64,000 bases of DNA from Sphyrna mokarran (GCA_024679065.1 JAGIQG010000002.1:31682001-31746000), one strand, 5' to 3'; counted from the first letter of the stretch, positions 25,546 through 38,574 are shown. Notes: generated from the letters alone by a model not told the origin. Made by a program: numbers and translations.

Positions 25546-28019
25546 TTCTCATGGTCGCTGACATGACATTGCCCTCACAGTCTCCTGCAACTCACCCTTA
25601 TTTTATTTCATATAAGCTGCAGTTGTCACCTATGTTCAGGTCATGGGGGAAAGGCTGGAGTTGGATTGGCAACAAGGGTGGGAAGCTGGCTGTTGCCATA
25701 TCGCTCAATCAGGCACAGAGTGCCGTTATCCCCTTGAAGACCTCAATCCGTGATGGAGCAAGTAGGCCAAACATGGGTCTCCCTGTCACGGACTTAACCA
25801 CAGCAAAGAAGAGAAGGTAGCAGAGTTCCCATCACTCAACTGATTAAATCACACCTCCTCCCACTCACACCACCTAACTCGCCATGGGGGAGAGTATTAA
25901 ATTCTACCATTTATAACAAATGTGACTTTCTAAATTCAAAGCAACGCATCAGCTTTGACATATAAAATCAAGACAGAGGAGCAGATTTTTTTTTTAATCA
26001 GGTGAGTTCTTCTGAAATGTTTTGCCTAAAAGATTGGTGGAAACAGATTCAGTAACACCATTTAAAAGGTACCTGTTGGATGAAGGAACGCTTGCAGAGC
26101 TTTGGGGAAAGAACAGTGGTATGGGATTAATTGGATAGCTCCTTCAAAAGGCCTTAAGGCCTCCTTCAGTACTTCCTTCTTCTGGCCTCCTTCTTTTGAT
26201 TCTATTTCTATGGTGCCTTTTAATCAAGTTATTTTCCACGCATCATTCCCTGCCTCCCCCCCCCACAAGTTCCTTCCCATTCCTTCAACCAAGGAAGTGC
26301 TTCCTGAATAGCGACTGCAATATCAAACTCCTTCTGATAGTCCAGTTGAATCCAAAGGAAGCCAGATAAAACTGAACACTTGCATTGACCTCAAGCCCCA
26401 ACTGGGCCGGGATTAGAACAGTTTTCTGGAAATCCTCATGCTGAGATCAAAGCAGCTACACATGAACAAAAGTTTTACCTCAAGAAATACTGAGCCAAAG
26501 GAAGCCAGAGACTTCTGTGTTAAATTTTTTGTGAAACAATGGAAATATGAGACAGAAATGTCTGTTACATGGTGACATGTTAGAGCTTGGGTTTACATCT
26601 ACAAACCTCTACATATAGGATGAGCACCATGATCTATCTTCTGTTCTAAGGCTGATCAGTGAGTGCTGTTGAAAGGTCTGTTATTGTCCTTTTTCCCCCA
26701 ACAGTTTGAGAACAGCAGTGGTGCAGGAGTTTGGACAACACAGGAACCGTGGACATTTCAGGTTAAGTAGGGAGAGGCAATGAATGTCATTGGAGTCTTC
26801 AAATGTTGTCAGAGATTCCCCACGGAGTGATAATTCCGCTCTAATCCACTAGCTGTCTGTGTTGTTGCTCATTACCCAACCACTGAATGAATAGCCTTGA
26901 GGACAAATTTCCTATTAAATTCAACTCCTATTTGTTGCATTTTGGAATAGCACAGGGGGGTCAGGAGTCAAAGAGGAGACTGTGACCTATTCATCCACCT
27001 TACCCAGCTGAAAAAATAACGCATTTATGTATTTGGCTGTGGTCATTAAGAATTAAACTAGAATAAATGATCCAGACAATACTAACAATGCTCCAGTTGA
27101 TTTCATTCCTCGCATGACCTTCCCCATTTTAATTTTCAGACTTACCTTTTGAACTCATGACAGATCTAAAATCAAAGCTCAGCATGCAAGAAGAAATCCT
27201 TCCAAAAATTCTCAAAGCAAATAGAGTCCAACTCATACTGAGTGACTGTATAAAAATTAAGTACTGTGAGACGTCAATGCATAAAAAAATCTTTAGCTCA
27301 GTACCCACTGTGTCAAAATGATGGATTATCTGCTTGGCCTAACCATAAATATCTTTATTAGCTCCTATTATATCACATTTACAATTCGGCTCCGCTGTCT
27401 CATAGTAGTTGAGGTCCAGGAAAAATGGTGCATCTTCTGCATTGTGTTTCTCAGCTGTGTGGCCTTCTGCAATCCAGGTAGTTAACAATATGTCGCAGCC
27501 TGAACTCTGCAAAGGGCAGTAGCATTTATGTTTCATTTCCCTCATATGTGAATCCAAATGATGACCAGATGTGTGATTTGCACACATAGGCAAGACTCCC
27601 ACTGAACTGCTTCTCAGGCCAAATGTCAACTGCATTTTCCTAATGCCATATTAATTGGAACTTCATGTAGTATCGTACGCTTGGGCAATGCGAAGGGCAA
27701 ATGAAGTATAGAATATTGTTGGAGATGGTGAATAAATAAAAAGATTTGTTTTAAATAATTGTTTCTTGTTTGTTTCTTGAATGTAAATTCTTCTACATTG
27801 TTTTTTCCTACCAGGTAGGAAGCTGATTAGGAATAGACTTTGTAGCATTTGGTATTATGGAGTTCCTTTGCTCATCTAAAGAGACACACAGAGACATGCT
27901 TGTAGTGCAGGACAGGCATATCCCCATAAAAATTAATGGCAGGATTTGGGAATCGTGAATGAGGGGGGAAATGGTAAGCTTAGTTAAAACGACGTAGACT
28001 TAGAGTAAACAGGGTTCAG

Positions 28020-28785
28020 CTTTTTCCTAGGATGGAGTCTAATAGCACGAGGGGTCACGGGCTTAGGGTGAGGGGGGTAAGGTATAATTTGGATGCTAGA
28101 GGGAGTTTTTTCACCCAGAGGGTAGTGGGGGTATGGAATGCACTGCCAAGTAAAGTGGTGGAGGCAGGTACTCTGGAGTTATTTAAGAAATACTTAGTTG
28201 GGCCCATGAACAGAATGGGAATGGAGGAGTATAGAAAACTGATTTAAAATAGGGATTATGAGCCTTGGGAGTCCCTGGGAAGTGTGTAAATAGATGATGA
28301 TATTGATGTACTTGTTTTTATCCTACAGGTGCTTTGGTCCACCTTGTTGTCTAACGAGGGGCATACACAAAATGGGTCGTAAGAGGGCTGCTCTTGGATT
28401 TTTTTCGAGAGTATCCTAGTGCTTCACGTCGTTAGTGGACGCTTGATCTGGACCATTTGATGGGCAACATGACAGCTCAGTGACTATCGCTGTGCTGTGC
28501 AGATACATGGATTTGGCCTGTGTCTGTGGGAGTTTGCGCATTCTCCCCGTGCTTGTGTGGGTTTTCTCCGGGTGCTCCGGTTTCCCCCCACATTCCAAAG
28601 ATGTGCTCTTAGGCTAATTGGTAAAACAAATTCTCCCTAAATTGTCTCAAATTTGGTTTTTTAATCCATAGATCTATAAATGTAGACAGGGTTCACGGGT
28701 AGAGGTGGGAACATCGGGATGGCGGCGTAGGCTCGTTGGGCCAAAGGGCCTGTTTCCCATGCTGTTTTGTTCTTTGTTCTTTGAT
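28020..28785 (+). mobile_element. CR1 3' fragment with long UTR-like segment containing a V-SINE core
   Basis: TRGHGLRV..FFTQRVVGVWNALP, ~250 nt unique sequence, V-domain-like gagtttgcgcattctccccgtg..., then CR1 stem-loop and (TTCTTTG)n tail. Confidence 0.75.
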
Positions 28786-28829
28786 GCACATGATAGGTCT
28801 CGGCATCTAAAAAGTGACAAAGACTATGA

Positions 28830-29472
28830 GGTGATTTAAGAAGGCATATGACTTGTCTTTGTCAACCAAAGCATTAAATATAAGAGTTGGGAAATCACGT
28901 TGCACTTATTATAAAACTTTGGTTAGACTGCATTTGGAGTATTGCATGCAGTTCTGGTCACCACACTACCAGTGGAAACTTTGAAGAGAGTGCAAAGAAG
29001 GTTCACAAGGATGTTGCCTGGTCTCAAGGCTGTTGACTATGAGGAGAAGTTGAATAAACTAGGATTGTTTTCACTGGAAAGATGGAGGTCGAGGGGAGAC
29101 CTGATAGAGATCTACAAAATTATGAGAGGCATAAACAGGGTGGATAGTCGGAGATTCTTCCCAGGATAGAAGTGTCAATTACAAGAGGCACAGATTCAAG
29201 GTGAGGGGGTAAAGTTTAAGGGAGATGCGTGGGAGACATTTTTCACATAGAGAGTGGTGGGTGCCTGGAACACATTGCCAGAGGAGGTGATAGAAGCAGG
29301 CACATTTGCAACATTTAAGACATGTCTGGATAAGTAGATGAATAGGGAGGGAATAGAGGGATTTGGACTAAATAAGGACAGAAGTTGGTTTTTAATTTAC
29401 TTAGAGCATTGTGATTGGGAGAGGCTTGGAGGGCCAAGGGCCTGTTCCTGTGCTGTACTTTTCTTTGTTCTA
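28830..29472 (+). mobile_element. CR1 LINE 3' fragment
   Basis: LKRVQRRFTRMLPGL..RGDLIEIYKIMRG. Confidence 0.9.
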
Positions 29473-29777
29473 GTGACACTATGGTTAGCATTGCTGCCAC
29501 ACAGCACCAGGGTTCAATTCCACCCTTGGTGACTGTAGGAATTTGCATATTCTCCCCCTGTCTGCGTAGGTTTCCTCCCACACTCCAGAGATGTGTGGGT
29601 TAGGTGGATTGGCTATGCAAAATTATCCCTTAGTCTCCAAAGATGTGTTGGTTAGGCGGATTAGTCATGGCAAATGCATGGGATTATGAGATAGGGTGCA
29701 AGGGAGAGGCTGAACAATTGTTCTTGATGCAGACTTGATGGGCTGAATAGCCTCCTTCTGCACTGTAGGGATTCCAA
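29473..29777 (+). mobile_element. HE1-like SINE
   Basis: Directly follows a CR1 tail; duplicated central module. Confidence 0.83.
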
Positions 29778-30338
29778 GGTTCGTCTCTGAAGCTAGATGA
29801 TTTTAATGGGGGGATTTCTACCCAAAGGTTTTGCCAGAAATTCTCTTGAGTTCATAAATTGCTGCAGTTTTAGTTGAGCCAGACACACAGGTAAGCTTCA
29901 CTTCAGCTGAAAGTCTTGAGGGCCTCCTTGTTTAGGTAATCTGGGAAGGTTAAATGGATGGCACATTAATGTCAGATCCTCGGGAACTCACAGAACTGAC
30001 AATCAAGTCAATAGTGAATCCATGAATAAATATACCAGGGCTTCTAGTGAATGAATTCCATTACAGAAAGACAAACTGTGCATAAACAGTGAATGGTAAC
30101 TCACTGCATTTTTGCCCTACTCACACACTGTAGCAAACACACATGAGTGAGAAACTTATCACTGAATCACCAGACAAACTTTAGTTTTAATGTTTAAAAT
30201 CTCGCTCGCCTGCTTGGAAATATTAATGAGAGCTTGCACCGTAAGAATATGTTTTCTTCACCAGACGACCAATGCTGCTGTGTAATGTAACAAGTTCTGT
30301 GAATCTTTAACAAGCTGCGCTGCTTTTGATTGCTATAG

Positions 30339-30497
30339 GTGGATCTGGGATTCCTGCAGCATGTCTCTGCCATAGCAACGCAAGGAGCCATCTCCAAAGA
30401 AACACAGCGGGAGTATTACGTTGAAACCTACAAAGTAGATGTCAGCTCCAATGGCGAAGACTGGATAACTGTGAAAGAAAAGAATAAACAACCAAAG
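30339..30497 (+). CDS. NRP1: Neuropilin-1 exon (exon 7 homologue), b1 domain
   Basis: tatag| and |gtacat, 159 nt, phase 0-0; VDLGFLQHVSAIATQGAISKETQREYYVETYKVDVSSNGEDWITVKEKNKQPK. Confidence 0.96.
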
Positions 30498-30583
30498 GTA
30501 CATCGCTTAAAACAATCTTTTATTTTAAATATGTCACTAAAAGGGCTCCTTTAAAAAAATAAATGCTTGATATGAAAATTGTT

Positions 30584-30884
30584 AGAATCTCTACATTCGG
30601 CCCATTGAGCCTGCACCAACAATCCTACCCATGCCCGATCCCTGTAACCCCACATACTGAACCTGCTAATCTCCCTGACATTAAGGGGCAATTTAGCATG
30701 GCCAATGCACCTACCCCACAACATCTTGGGAGTGTGGGAGAGCAGAGAAACTGGAGCACCTGGAGAAAACCTGTGCAGAGAAGTGGAGAAAATGCCATCT
30801 CCACACAGGCGGTCACCCAAGGCTGGAATTGAACCTGGGTCCCTGGCTCTGTGAGACAGTAGTGCCAACCACTGTGCCACTGTG
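30584..30884 (-). mobile_element. HE1-like SINE
   Basis: Reverse complement of head/core/tail. Confidence 0.85.
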
Positions 30885-31063
30885 TAATTCATCAACTCGT
30901 TTGTTCCTTGGAACTCCTAAGTTTAGAGGGCACAATTGTTTCTTTATCCATGTCTGTGAAAGTAGCACAAATTGCTACTCCAAATTAAAATTGCTCCCCA
31001 TAGTTAGAAGTTAAATCTGACTTACTGGAGGCTAAAATTCTACAGATTCCTACATCTCTTTAA

Positions 31064-31200
31064 GGGTGGAATTTTCCAGCTGTTCATGCCGGTGGGATTT
31101 TCTGGTCCCGCTGAAGTGAGCGGTGATTTGGCTGGGTGTCAAATTGTCTGTCCTTATTTGTAGCTGCAACCAGGGGTGAACAGCTGGCGAGATCACATCC
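31064..31200. mobile_element. MITE, probably PIF/Harbinger-derived
   Basis: TAA on both sides; imperfect TIR gggtggaattttccagctgttca / tgaacagctggcgagatcacatcc. Confidence 0.72.
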
Positions 31201-31567
31201 TAAATATGCAATTCTTTTCAGTTAATGGTACACAAAAAAGCGACTTGTATCAAATAAATGGATTAACTTACCATCCGTCATCCAGACAACTGAGGCCTCA
31301 TGATAAAAGCACAAAAATTAATCGTGTAGAATGGATTGTATTTTTTGGCATCAATAATATTCTTTTGCCATATACATTTTGAAATATATGGTCAGTAAAT
31401 ATTAGGCACAAAATGCCACAAAAAAATAAAAATACTTCATATAATTAACCTTCCTGTCAATAGGAATGAGAAGATCACACTGCTGTAATGCTGGTCTTCA
31501 TTTATTATCTCCAGTAGTCCATTGGCAGCAACAACAACCTTTATTCATAAAGCATCTTTCATATAAT

Positions 31568-31890
31568 GGGCAGCACAGTAGCACAGTCATTAGCACTGCT
31601 GCTTCACAGCTCCAGGGACCTGGGTTCGATTCCCAGCTTGGGTCACAGTCTGTGTGAAATTTGCACATTCTTCTCGTGTCTCTGTGGGTTTCCTCTGGGT
31701 GCTCCGGTTTCCTCCCATAATACAAAGATGTGCGGATTAGGTTGATTGGCCAAGCCAAAATTTCCCCTTAGTGGCCTGAGATGCGTAGACTAGTGGGGAA
31801 AATATGATGGGATGTGGGAGTCGGTGTGATTGTGGTTGGTGAAGACTCAATGGGCCGAATGGCCTCTTTCTGCACTGTAGGATTTCTATG
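31568..31890 (+). mobile_element. HE1-like SINE
   Basis: Same head/core/tail. Confidence 0.88.
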
Positions 31891-32053
31891 GCTTCCAAAG
31901 AGCTTATAAAACAAAGCATGACACTTCCCCACACAGAGAAATGATAGGTCAGTTGAACAAAAGCTGGAAAGGGAGATAACGAAATGGGGAAATGTAGGAA
32001 GGGAATTCCAGAGGTTGGAACCGAGGCAACTAAAGACATGGCCACCAAAAATC

Positions 32054-32357
32054 TAGAATCATACATTGCAGAAGAAGGCCAGTCAGCCCATTGAATCTGC
32101 ACCGACCACAATCCCATCCAGGCCCTTTCCCCATAACCCCATGCATTTACTCTAGCTAGTCCCCTGACACTAATTTAGCATGGCCAGTCCACTTAAGCTG
32201 CACATGTAGGACTGTGGGAAGAAACCAGAGCACCCAGAGGAAACCCATGAAGTCACAGGGGAATGTGCAAACTCCATATTCCACTCCACTCAAGCTGGGA
32301 ATCGAACCTGGGTCCCTTCTGTTATGCGGCATCAGTGCTAACCATTGTGCCACTGTG
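32054..32357 (-). mobile_element. HE1-like SINE
   Basis: Reverse complement. Confidence 0.86.
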
Positions 32358-32562
32358 TACACTAATATGCAAAATAGGAGCAGAAATAAGCCAGTTGGTC
32401 CCTTGATCCTGGCTTCACTATTCAATAAGAGCGTGGCTGTTCTTTTCCACATTCCCATTACTCCCCGATAACCTTAGATTCCCTTGCTGGACAAGAATCT
32501 ATCAACCTCTGCCTTAAAAATATTCAACAACCTCGCCTCCAGTACCTTCTGAGCCAGAGAGA

Positions 32563-32790
32563 AGTTAAAGTTAAAATGTATTTATTAGTCACAAATAAGG
32601 CTTACTACACTGCAATGAAAATACTGTGAAAATCCTCTAGTCGCCACATTTCGGCGCCTGTTTGGGTCAATGAAAGTCTTCCCACTTTCAGACGGTGGGA
32701 AGAAACTGGAGCACCCACTGCATACAGGGAAGAATGTGCAAACTCCACACAGTGACCAGGAGTCAAACCGGAGTCCCTGAGAGCTCCAGA
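32563..32790 (-). mobile_element. V-SINE, type B tail, partial
   Basis: tttattagtcacaaataaggcttac...tagtcgccac. Confidence 0.75.
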
Positions 32791-33530
32791 TTAATGTCAA
32801 TTAAAATCGTGAATGCACAAGATGCCAGAATTAGAGGAGCGTTGATATCTTGAAAGGCTGTGAGATTGGAGGAGATTACAGAGATAGAGAGGGGCAAGGC
32901 CAGAGAAGGATTTGTTAAAAACAAATGAGAATTTAAAATCATGAATATACTCGAGCAGGAGCCAATGTGGGCCAGTGAGCACAGGAGTGATAGGAAATGA
33001 GACTTTAGATATGGACAGCAGGGTTATAGATAAGCTAAAGTTTATGGAGAGTAGAAGGTGGGAGATCAGCCAGGGTGTCAGAATAGTCAAGTCTAGAGGG
33101 AGAAAATGCATGAATCAGGGTTTCAGCAGCAGATCAGTTGTGATGGGGGTAAAGTTGGATGATTTTGCAGAGATGGAAATAGACAGTCTTAAGTAATGAT
33201 GCAACTATGAGGTCAGAAGACCATCTCAGGATTAAATGTGACAACAAGATTGCCAAAAGATTACCTTAATCTCGAGAGTGTTGCCAGGGAAATGGATGAA
33301 ATCAATAGCTAATTTATCAGCCATTATTGAATGGCAGAACAGAGTGGATGGGCCGAATTACCTAATTGTCCTCTGATATTTTATGGTCTTATGGCCTAAG
33401 GAAGAAAGATTGGAGTGGAGACTGAAATAGTAGCTTCAGCCTTTCCAATATATCATTGGAGGAAATTTTTGCTCATCCATTACTGGATTTCAAATAACAA
33501 TCTGGTAAATTAGCAACAGGGAGGAGTCGA
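32790..33530 (-). mobile_element. L2-type LINE fragment (with a small CR1 tail inside)
   Basis: ITPVLTGPHWL...FKFSFVFNKSFSGLAPLYLCNLLQ..RYQRSSNSGIL, typical of the L2 ORF2 C-terminus. Confidence 0.75.
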
Positions 33531-33534
33531 GAAC

Positions 33535-33870
33535 GAAACACAAAAAATAGAAGCAGAAGGATGCCATTTGGCCCCGTGGGCCTGTTCCAACATTCATTTT
33601 GATCATGACTGATCCTCAAAATCAATATTCTGATCTCCCCTTCTCCCCATATCCCTTGATCCCTTTAGCCCCAAGAGCTATATCTAATTTCTTCTTGAAA
33701 TCACACAATATTTTGGCTTCAACTACGTTCTGCGCTAGTGAATTCCTCACATTCACCACCCTCTGGGTGAAGAAATTTCTCTTCATCTCAGTCATAAAAT
33801 GTTTACCCCTGATCTTCAAACTTTAATCCCTCGTTCTGGACTCCCCCACCATCGGGAACATTCTGTCTGA
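33535..33870 (-). mobile_element. CR1 LINE 3' fragment
   Basis: LKIRGKHFMTEMKRNFFTQRVVNVRNSL..FKKKLDIAL. Confidence 0.88.
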
Positions 33871-34149
33871 ATGGTGGTGAGATTAATCTGCTCAGTATAT
33901 ATTTGGATAAATCTCTATCCAACCGAAAACAAATGATCCCCTCTTCCAATAATGTGCAGTGGCTAACCTGCCATTCTTCTCACACAAAATCATCTTTAAA
34001 TTTTACTTTCCCTGTTTGTCGAGATTAGTCACATTTCTATTTATGCACGAACACGATAGAAAATTTTGAAATGATACCACTGATTATACAAATCCTCAGC
34101 CTGGAAGGTAATCAAAAATTGCAATGGATTTAATAATCAGTTCAGAATT

Positions 34150-35340
34150 TTATGCTGAAATCTATGTTGTCAGTAGCTGTCTCTGGGTGGGAGGATGGCA
34201 TCTTCTTGAGGATTCGTGTTTGTGCCATGGGCTATCATGGGATTGAACTGGCCAATTGTCAGCCTGCAGATCTTTGGCCTAATGGGGCATGTCCCACAAG
34301 GTAATGGGGTCTAGAATGTGGGATTTGCTTCCTTTTCTTTCCTTCTCCCTCATCACTCGACCTCTTCACTAAAACGTTATGACTCAAAGAATGTTGCAGC
34401 TTGATGGACTTTGAATGTTTGGCAGCAAGCCTCTCCCACTTCTTAAGATCAATGCTGCTGCACATGCAAGAGCATCAGAGCATGCTTCAGAGCATCTTCA
34501 AAGTCTCTCTTTGTTTTCCTCTGGAACGTTGACCACTTGAGGATTGGGAAAACAGGACCTGGCAGGGAAGACACTATTTTGCCATTTGGACACAGTGTCC
34601 AGTCCATCATAGTTGATTTTTACATGAGTTTTGCTTGGATGCTTGTGGAGCTGTTTCAAGAAGGACACTGACATTTGCTTGATCATTGAACCCAGAGAAT
34701 GTAAGAGACAAATTGATGCAATGGTGACACAGTGGTTAGCATTGCTGCCTCACAACACCAAGGATCCAGGTTCAATTCTGGCCTTGGTTACCGTCTGTGA
34801 GTTGTTTGCACCTTTGCCTGGTGTCTCCGCGGGTTTTCCCCAAATGCTCTGATTTATTCCCACGGTTTAAAGATGTGCAGGTTAGGTTGGTTGGCCATAT
34901 TAACTTTGACCCCAGTGTCAGGGGGATCAGTGAGGTAAATGTGTGGGGTGACAGGAATAGGACCTGGGTGGGATTGTGGTCGGTACAGGCGCAATGGGCT
35001 GAATACTCTCCTTCTGAATTGTAAGGATTGTATAATCTCAAGCTCTGATGTGTGGCTGATACAGACTTCAGGTCTCAATACAGTACAAGAGCGTGGTGAC
35101 AATAACTGCTGTATACACTAGGACTTCAGTTGACTTGTGGAGGTCTTTACTGTCAATCACTCATTGCTTTTATTCATAGAGGGGTGAGCTGCTGCAGTTG
35201 ATCCAGTGTTTGATCTCTTCATTAATGATGGCGTCTTAAGAGAGTTGGCCATCAAGATATGGTCTTCAAAGCTGGTGGGATTTTGTTGACATCATGATGC
35301 CATGATGGAGATACCTGGGAGGAGAGAGAACTTACTCTTC
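34150..35340 (-). mobile_element. Decayed RTE-clade LINE C-terminal fragment, split by an HE1 SINE
   Basis: Similar to 38575-39870; remnants of YxxETW and 3' coding end on the minus strand. Confidence 0.5.
34720..35033 (+). mobile_element. HE1-like SINE
   Basis: Same head/core/tail. Confidence 0.85.
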
Positions 35341-35344
35341 CTCA

Positions 35345-36200
35345 CAACTTTAGGAATGTGACAATTCTAACTCTGTTTAAAAAGGGAGATAAATTGTGCT
35401 ATGGAAATTATCAAGGTATATTCCTCTTGTCCAGAGTAGAGGAAATCCTGATACATCTCCTAACTCACCTAATTCTTGCGGCTGAGAAAATCCTCTCGAG
35501 ATACAGTGTGACTTCAAATCTTCAGTGGAACCTCTGATGTGGTCCTTGTTGCCAGCTAAATCCAAAGAAAAATGCCAAAGACAACACGGTGGCACAGTGA
35601 TTAGCACTGCTGCCGCACAGCATCGGGGACTCAGATTCAATTTCCAACTTGAGTCACTGTCTGTGTGTGGAGTTTGCACATTCTCCTTGTTCTGCATGGG
35701 TTTCCTCCAAGTGCTCCAGTTTCCTCCCACAGTTCAAAGATGCGCGGGTTAAGTTGATTGGCCATGATAAATTGGCCCTTAATGTCAGGGGGATTAGCTA
35801 GGGTAAATATGTGAGGCTACAGGGATAGGGCTAGGTGGGATTGTGGTCAGTGCAGACACGAGGGGTTGAATGGTCTTTTTCTGCACTGTAGTATTCTATG
35901 ATTCTATGATGTATTGGCCTGACCAAAGCATTTGACACGATAAATTATGAGGCTGTGCGGATTGTGCTCCAGAGATTTCAACGTCCAAGAAACTTTGTCA
36001 CAAACCGATAATTGCTTTATGAGTGTAGCCATCATGAGTGGGAGATCTGAAACAGGCACCTTTAAAATCTAGACTGGGGTCGAACAAGGTTGTGTGATAG
36101 CCCCCCATACTATTCACAATCTACCTGACAGTGGCTATTACCCCATAAAGACCAATTGCCCTCTGGTGTGAGTATTAAATACCACTTAGCTGGAAAACTA
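35345..36200 (+). mobile_element. Decayed RTE-clade LINE RT fragment, split by an HE1 SINE
   Basis: LFKKGD...NYQGIFLLS, QEKC, LTKAFDTIN, TGVEQGCVIAP motifs. Confidence 0.75.
35582..35910 (+). mobile_element. HE1-like SINE
   Basis: Full length, attctatgattctatga tail. Confidence 0.88.
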
Positions 36201-36872
36201 AAATACCTTGTCAGCCATCTCTCCCCCTGAGCCATTAACACACTATTCATCCCTGACTCCAAATCAAGAAAGACTTCAATTGTTGACCAGTTTGATTATT
36301 TGTAGTTCATGGATTTCCCCCTTAGATTTTGCCAATATTTTAAGAACAGGCCAATCAGAGAAACAGTTCAGAAACCTGATGAAATATATAAGATAAGAAC
36401 AGGCTTTATCCGTTTGTGATTAAGTGTGAGAAACACTCTATAAATTCTCTTTTAATTCTAGTCTCTTGTGCATCATCAAATTCCTTTCCTTCATGATCAG
36501 TGACTTACCTTCAGCTGCCTCAGCCTTAAGCTCTGAAATTCCTTCCTTAATCCTCTCCAACTCTACCCCTGTCTTTCTTCTAAGATGCTACTTAAAACTT
36601 CCCTCCTTGAGCAAGCATTTGGTCTCCTAACCACATGTGTGGTGTCAAATCTTCTTTGGCCATCGCTCCTTTGGAGGACCTTACGGTGTATTGCTGTGTT
36701 AAAGGCACAATCTCTCTTGTGTCATCTCTAGATGCTTAAGCCAGTCATTAAACATCGGAGAGATGAGAAAACAGATTCTTTATCTTCGGGTTCATGTCAA
36801 TGACTTTGTCAAAGATTCGTGATAACCTAAACAGCACAGTGAAGGCTGCACATTCAGCTGAGGGAATTTTTT

Positions 36873-37225
36873 AAATTCATTTGTGGGACATGGGTGCTGC
36901 TGCTGGCTGGCGAGCATTTATTGCCCATTCCTAACTGCCTTCCATTTCAAAGGGCAGTTGAGAGTCAACCACTTTGCTCTGGAGTCATGTGTGAGCCAGA
37001 CCAGACAGCAGATTTCCAACCTTCAAGGATATCAGTAAATCAAATGGGTTTTTTCTGACAATTGACAATGACTTCATGGTCACCATTAGATTCTCAATTC
37101 CAGATATTTTTCATTGAATTCAAATTCCACCACCTGTGGCGGGATCAAACCTGGGTCCCCAGAACATTAGCTTGAGTTTCTGGATTAATAGTCTAGCGAT
37201 AATACCACTAGGCCATTATCTCCCC
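36873..37225 (-). mobile_element. Second SINE family copy
   Basis: Reverse complement, full length. Confidence 0.83.
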
Positions 37226-38574
37226 TTGTCCAGCCATATCAGGAGGATATTAGTTCATTGACTCCTGAGCTCCTTGTAATGTTAAACCCATGCATAGCAC
37301 CTAGAGAACTCTAGTAGCATATTAATTTATAATCAAATGAAAGAGTCTGAAATAACTGAGACCAAGACAGAATGGGGAAAGATAATTCTGATTTTCTGTC
37401 CTTTAGCTCACTATGATGGCAGACACAAGACTTTTTTTAAAACCATCAAAAAACTAGCAGGCAAGTTTAACAAAAGCTATTCCCTAGTATGGAGACCAGT
37501 TCAAACGAATCTTTTACTGGTGGTGCGTTAGTCCTTTGGGTCTCTCAATGCCCACCAGCACCACATGATTTAAAATCCAGCCTCTAGAGACCAAACATGA
37601 CATGAAAGAGAAAGCCACGGGGCTAGGAATGGGGTCCAGATGTCAGACAATCAAGGAAGAATTTAACAAGTTTAAACATATATTTTGACAAGACTTGTGG
37701 AGCTACAAGTTCTTATACTCCAGAGATGCGAATACAGAGAGATCCAGAATTCACACTAAAATTGTTTAACTGGTCAGTATCTTGTTACACTGTGTCGCAA
37801 ACGTGCATTGTAGGAGCATTGCCTTCCTGATGGGCCCCTGATAAGGTTTGAATTTTAAGTCTGCAAAGAGCATTCAATCAATTTAATTCCCAGGAGTTAT
37901 TCACTCTCACTCCCAGATTCTCACAATCTGAGAATCCATCAGCTTTCGAAGTATGAGAACACAAATACATTAACAAGGAACGTTTGCAAAAGAGCAACAT
38001 ATTCATTTAAAGCTGATTGCATTTCTACAATATATACCTGGAAATGACTGTTGCCAATATTAGTCAGCGGGTGCTTAAGCATTCACATGGCGTCCCTCTG
38101 TTTGGTGTTTTAACAGAGGCATTAACACATGTAAAATAATCTGAGGCTCTAATGTGGATCATTAAAGAGATTAATCGCAAATCCTTTTGGTTGAATAAAC
38201 TCGTGCCACCTGTAAACCTTTAACTTAAACGTAATTAAGTGAAAGATAGTCTCAACTGAAATCTTCTGTTAAGTAATAAGTGAATTATGACCAAAATGTG
38301 TCTTAAACCAGTTAAGAAGCCTTGATGTGCACTCTTGGGTGTTAGCAACTTTCACGAGGGACATGGAATCGCTTTATTGTGTGCAAAAACTCAATGGGAC
38401 AGATTTAATCAGTTCAAATTGTTTTCCAACACATCAATGTGAAATTGTAATTGTTTCAAACAATCTCTGGGTGCAGCAATCTGTTATGAAGTGTGGATGA
38501 CATTCTCTTGGCTTGACAATCATGATACCTGCTGTGGAATATGGGAAAGAGGAGCTTTAACTGATCTTTGAGGT

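Noticed and set aside
37230-38570. Repeat-free intronic blocks as enhancers (also ~6160-6720, 26200-28000, 53620-54990)
   Set aside because: Absence of repeats is only suggestive; cross-species alignment or chromatin data would be needed.
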